Shown one piece after another: positions 61,601-64,000 of a stretch of DNA of 64,000 bases. Location of the stretch: contig CP060756.1 in the NCBI GenBank assembly GCA_023205875.1, positions 930,001-994,000 of the forward strand, written 5' to 3'. This DNA comes from Chloropicon primus. Taxonomy: Eukaryota. Within the stretch, counting starts at the first letter, position 1, and the number at the start of each line of letters is the position of its first letter. The position numbers were made by a program, and so were the translations under genes. The notes beneath the pieces were generated by a model. It was not told the origin of the DNA. It was given only the letters and a program-made list of their open reading frames with translations, and made no database searches.

Positions 61601-62083
61601 CACTACTGCTTCGGGCCAACGCGTTTCAGTGTGATCCCCCACAAAGTCGTTGGGCAGATCTCAATTCGATTTGTGGCGAAGCAGGATCCGCACAAGCTCG
61701 TTTCTGCGGTCGAGAACCACATCAAAACCACCTTTGCGGGCTTGAACAGCTCCAACAAGGTGAACGTCAAGGTTCGCAATATTGGGGACGCCTGGGAAGG
61801 CGATGAGTCCCATCGGCTCTACTCCGCTTTGGCCAGCGCCTTGAAGACGTGCTGGGGGGACAACCCGCTTTACACGTACGAGGGGGGCACCATGCCTGTG
61901 ACTTCCACGCTGGAGAAAACCCTCCAGGCCCCTGCTTTGCTCATCCCCCTTGGCCAGAGCACGGACAACCCCCACCTCGCCAACGAGAGGATCAGAAGCG
62001 TCAACCTGTTTCAGGGGAAGAGGGTCTTCTCAACCTTGGTGGAGGAAGTTGCGTCGTCCTACCAACCGGCGGAGTCCAGCTGA
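58616..62083 (+). CDS. Fusion protein: Dug3/EgtC-like class II glutamine amidotransferase + WD40 repeats + Dug2-like M20A peptidase domain
   Basis: N-terminal MCRL (Cys2 nucleophile), NGDGFGVGWY, PAWNN, AHVRAA, NCHPF, MHNG; GH...WD repeats; YGHYDVQPA, GRGTTDNKGP, EGEEE, DLHSG, GQSTDNPHLANE, all in one uninterrupted ORF. Confidence 0.92.
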   Translation: MCRLACFLGMPIQLADLVTKPKRSILTQSYDARERQPHTVEHLTKANLNGDGFGVGWYSSNKDDKKPCVFTSILPAWNNPNLARLAEKVESPLVFAHVRAAYPGMPVSEQNCHPFVSGKYMFMHNGNIGNFLKVRRILLRELREDVYNGCQSFHSDSAVCFAVFLNQLVDLEVEYSPIELSHKMSQAMQVIMDACKAADCEESSLLNFVVSDGRTVIATKFSDFGCSASLYMSAGTGYEAFNSQSEEDFHVMRSSYRTKIALVASEPITASPAAWTKVPENSMIILSREKDGDINITFTPIELKGSGLGERTIMKVQSYKVLESVEAGAELKANTSGEVPLTRQFIGRIRREPDDLLTGHTDSVVSLAMDGDVMYSGGIDGSIGVWDMAAFSGRMREMLKVHDGPVMELAVTEKYLVAAVGNRVCFHDKDSYELLEEKTVELPSCGPLLTLCAIERYTAFGGQDCVLRAVQQHTMTEENFKFAARAHNSFILCMLILEDTICTGAADTMVKLWNMETMEEKACFRGHKGPVAALTMSRNGDRIFSGSRDNTIRVWDMEEMCCRHTMSGHSNDVMGLEFIKVNGKREFLCSVSLDKTVRLWDMHYMCIQLFSLKTEPTSSILGDSKLYVADANGHIAEWSLDFLEDSDDDSSGGTPHSPRLSRSMESFKNHFDVFSSSSPKKSRDLEMVQLLKDYIAIPSISGNLENQDDCFQAAKFTSRLLEKCGAVTKMIKPEGKNPVVLARFEVDPDAPTFTFYGHYDVQPANEETWKYNPFEVTTVDGFFYGRGTTDNKGPILAFIFAVKELIDKYGGIGRLPMNIALLIEGEEENGSGGFKETLANNVHWFKNTELIVISNTLWIGKDRPCITYGMRGMITLSVEVYGPEKDLHSGNEGGALKEPMTDLIKILSSIQDPSNKVLIPGFYDGVDFEEVKRKITMFESLKDSIDMNKYAQSLGIDSVSSCSFAELLSKKWLIPTLSIVDIRTGGGSDDSTHGSHYCFGPTRFSVIPHKVVGQISIRFVAKQDPHKLVSAVENHIKTTFAGLNSSNKVNVKVRNIGDAWEGDESHRLYSALASALKTCWGDNPLYTYEGGTMPVTSTLEKTLQAPALLIPLGQSTDNPHLANERIRSVNLFQGKRVFSTLVEEVASSYQPAESS

Positions 62084-62292
62084 GTTGGTGCACAAGTCCA
62101 CTGGAGGCTTGCAGCTCAGTTAAGTTGTAACATAATTTATAATCATCCGTTATCATCACCATCATCATCATCATCATCATCATCACGCCACAACAACCCT
62201 TCCTCGACCCACCAAGAAACCAAAACTGGCAATTCCTTCCTGGCTGAAGCAGAGAGAGTTGTCGGTTGGTTGTGCGAGCGAGGCGAGCCAGG

Positions 62293-62937
62293 ATGAGCGC
62301 GGGCTTTCGTGGCGCAAGTGCGGGCCAAGATGAGCGCTTCTCGAACAAGGAGAAGAAGCTTCTGAAGACGATGACCTTTCCCGAGGAGTTGTCGAGGCCA
62401 GTCGACCTGAAGAAGGTGAAGGTCGAGTGCATGAAGCCTTGGATCTCCAAGCGAGTGACCGAGCTGCTCGGCTTTGAGGACGAGGTCGTCGAGAACTTGG
62501 TCCAGAACTTGCTCGAGGAAGAGGAGGTAAACCCCAAGCTGGTGCAGATACAGCTGACGCCGTTCCTCGAGTCCAACACCCCGGAGTTCATGGTGGAGCT
62601 GTGGAAGCTCCTGTTGAGCGCGCAGGAGAACGCATCTGGGGTCCCTCAGGCGTTCCTCGACGCGCAGGCCGAGGAGAGGCGGCGGCGGCGGGAGCTGGAT
62701 CGCAAAATGGACGAGAGCTTCCAGAGCAGCAACCACAGGAGGGATGGGAGGCGCGGTGGCGGAGGGGGGCGGCGGAGGAGCAGGTGGGACGACTCGAACG
62801 AGCGGGACGCTTTATCCAGGCCCAGGTCCAGGTCCAGGAGCCCCAGGAGGGACCACGGCAGGAGGCGCGACGAGTACAGGAGAGAGGACTCCGGGAGGGA
62901 CTACAGACGGGACTACAGGAGGGACTACAGGAGGTAG
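62293..62937 (+). CDS. PWI-domain SR-related protein (SRRM1/SRm160-like)
   Basis: GFRGASAGQDERFSNKEKKL, MKPWISKRVTELLGFEDEV, FMVELWKLLLSAQ; RS/RD-rich tail. Confidence 0.92.
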   Translation: MSAGFRGASAGQDERFSNKEKKLLKTMTFPEELSRPVDLKKVKVECMKPWISKRVTELLGFEDEVVENLVQNLLEEEEVNPKLVQIQLTPFLESNTPEFMVELWKLLLSAQENASGVPQAFLDAQAEERRRRRELDRKMDESFQSSNHRRDGRRGGGGGRRRSRWDDSNERDALSRPRSRSRSPRRDHGRRRDEYRREDSGRDYRRDYRRDYRR

Positions 62938-62946
62938 CAAAAAAGT

Positions 62947-62951
62947 TGTAA
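62947..62951 (+). terminator. TGTAA chlorophyte-type polyadenylation signal (representative site)
   Basis: TGTAA follows many stop codons: + strand at 2839, 12820, 25564, 31504, 40721, 46093, 48301, 54130, 62126, 62947; - strand (TTACA) at 3865, 25617, 35419, 35429, 63062. Confidence 0.7.
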
Positions 62952-63161
62952 TTTAACCCAACCTTTGGTTCTTTGGGACAAACTCCGACCGCCGCCGGGA
63001 CCCGCGACGGGCTCCTCCAGCCCGTTCGGCGCACTCCTCAAGTGGTTGCACGAGCATTTTCTTACAAGAGTTACTTACGCGGAGTTGCGAAGCTTATGCT
63101 GCGAGCCCCCCCAGCCCCCGGACCGAGCGAGTGAGCGCGCCATTGTTGCGCTTCCTTCCGC

Positions 63162-63599
63162 TCAGAGTGCCCTGATTCCTCTGGCACTGTTTATGTACAA
63201 TATGGAGATGATGGCCAGCAACAGCTGCAAGCCGAGGAAGACGACCCCGACGATGCTCAAGAAGTGGTCGATCTTCAGCACGTACGTCTGCAGCTCGATG
63301 TAGTAAATATACAGGATCAGCACGGGGAGGGACAGGACGCAGAAGGTCAGCAAAGGTCCTATGGTCTGCGTCTTGTTTCCCTTGGAACCGATGAATAACC
63401 GGCACGCTTCGATGACGGGCAGTATGCACACCAGGCTCAGCTCCGTGCCAAAACTGTTCGCGCTGGGGTAGGGCAAGTAGTAGCCCTTGTAGATGAACAC
63501 GCCGATGGTCACCAAGACGAAGAGCGCGTCGTAGTAGGCACCAAAGTGCAACAAGATCTGAAACGGCACCGAGGCGACAAGGGAGCGTGAAGCTGGCAT
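63162..63599 (-). CDS. TMEM216: Ciliary transition-zone membrane protein, TMEM216/TMEM17 family
   Basis: ASVPFQILLHF, YKGYYLPYP, RLFIGSKGNKT, LQTYVLKID; four hydrophobic segments. Confidence 0.88.
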   Translation of the reverse strand: MPASRSLVASVPFQILLHFGAYYDALFVLVTIGVFIYKGYYLPYPSANSFGTELSLVCILPVIEACRLFIGSKGNKTQTIGPLLTFCVLSLPVLILYIYYIELQTYVLKIDHFLSIVGVVFLGLQLLLAIISILYINSARGIRAL

Positions 63600-64000
63600 C
63601 TTTGGTCCAAGTCAGTCAGGTCCCTCCTTCCGTTTGAACAATGAAAGAAAGCCCGCGAGCGTGACAAGCGTCACACCTCCTTCCTTTGCGTTGCCTTCCT
63701 TTCTTCAGCCCGGCACTGTCCGAGCTCCAAAGTCTTCCCGCGCAAGGCGCCTGGCCCTTTCCGGCCAAAAAGGCGCGTGCTTTCCTCGCGCGCGCGTACG
63801 TAGGAGAGGCGGTCCGCCAGACCGAGCCCCTTGTCCACTCTAACGAAGTCGGTCCTCGTTTTGCTCAAACTTTCAAGCAGCAGGTGAAGACAAATTGTTT
63901 TCGCGCGCTCAAGAACGAGAACGGAGGAGAGGAAATTTTGTGAGGGAGGAGAGGAAAACTCGAACTCGAATTCTCTGGTGTGTGCGAGAGAGAGAAGAGT

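Noticed and set aside
63007..63025. 7-bp hairpin ACGGGCT-CCTCC-AGCCCGT between the convergent PWI and TMEM216 genes
   Set aside because: Short stem in GC-rich DNA with no recognisable ncRNA boxes; insufficient support.

Overview
Gene-dense, intron-poor, GC-rich eukaryotic nuclear DNA: about 38 protein-coding genes in 64 kb, with 10 short GT-AG introns in 8 genes. A plastid ribosomal protein (PSRP6), a plant-type F-box/Tubby protein, a class III-like formin and recurrent TGTAA poly(A) signals point to a compact chlorophyte picoalga. A Chloropicon-like prasinophyte is my inference, not a database result. Most genes are housekeeping (Rab GDI, NDUFV1, SF3A1, SCO1, Derlin, ARI, CWC16, CWC24 and others). 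Highlights: (1) a single-chain Dug3(GATase)-WD40-Dug2(M20) protein that fuses two subunits of the glutathione-degradation complex characterised in fungi; (2) a kinesin-7-like motor carrying two CEP164-type WW modules; (3) several ciliary genes; (4) a deleted ~300-bp copy of the ABCG gene 21 kb from its parent; (5) bacterial-looking LysM and repeat surface proteins; (6) a candidate CCAAGA-N5-TCTTGG promoter palindrome. I found no tRNA, rRNA, CRISPR array or transposase. All family calls come from motif recognition by eye; no searches were run.
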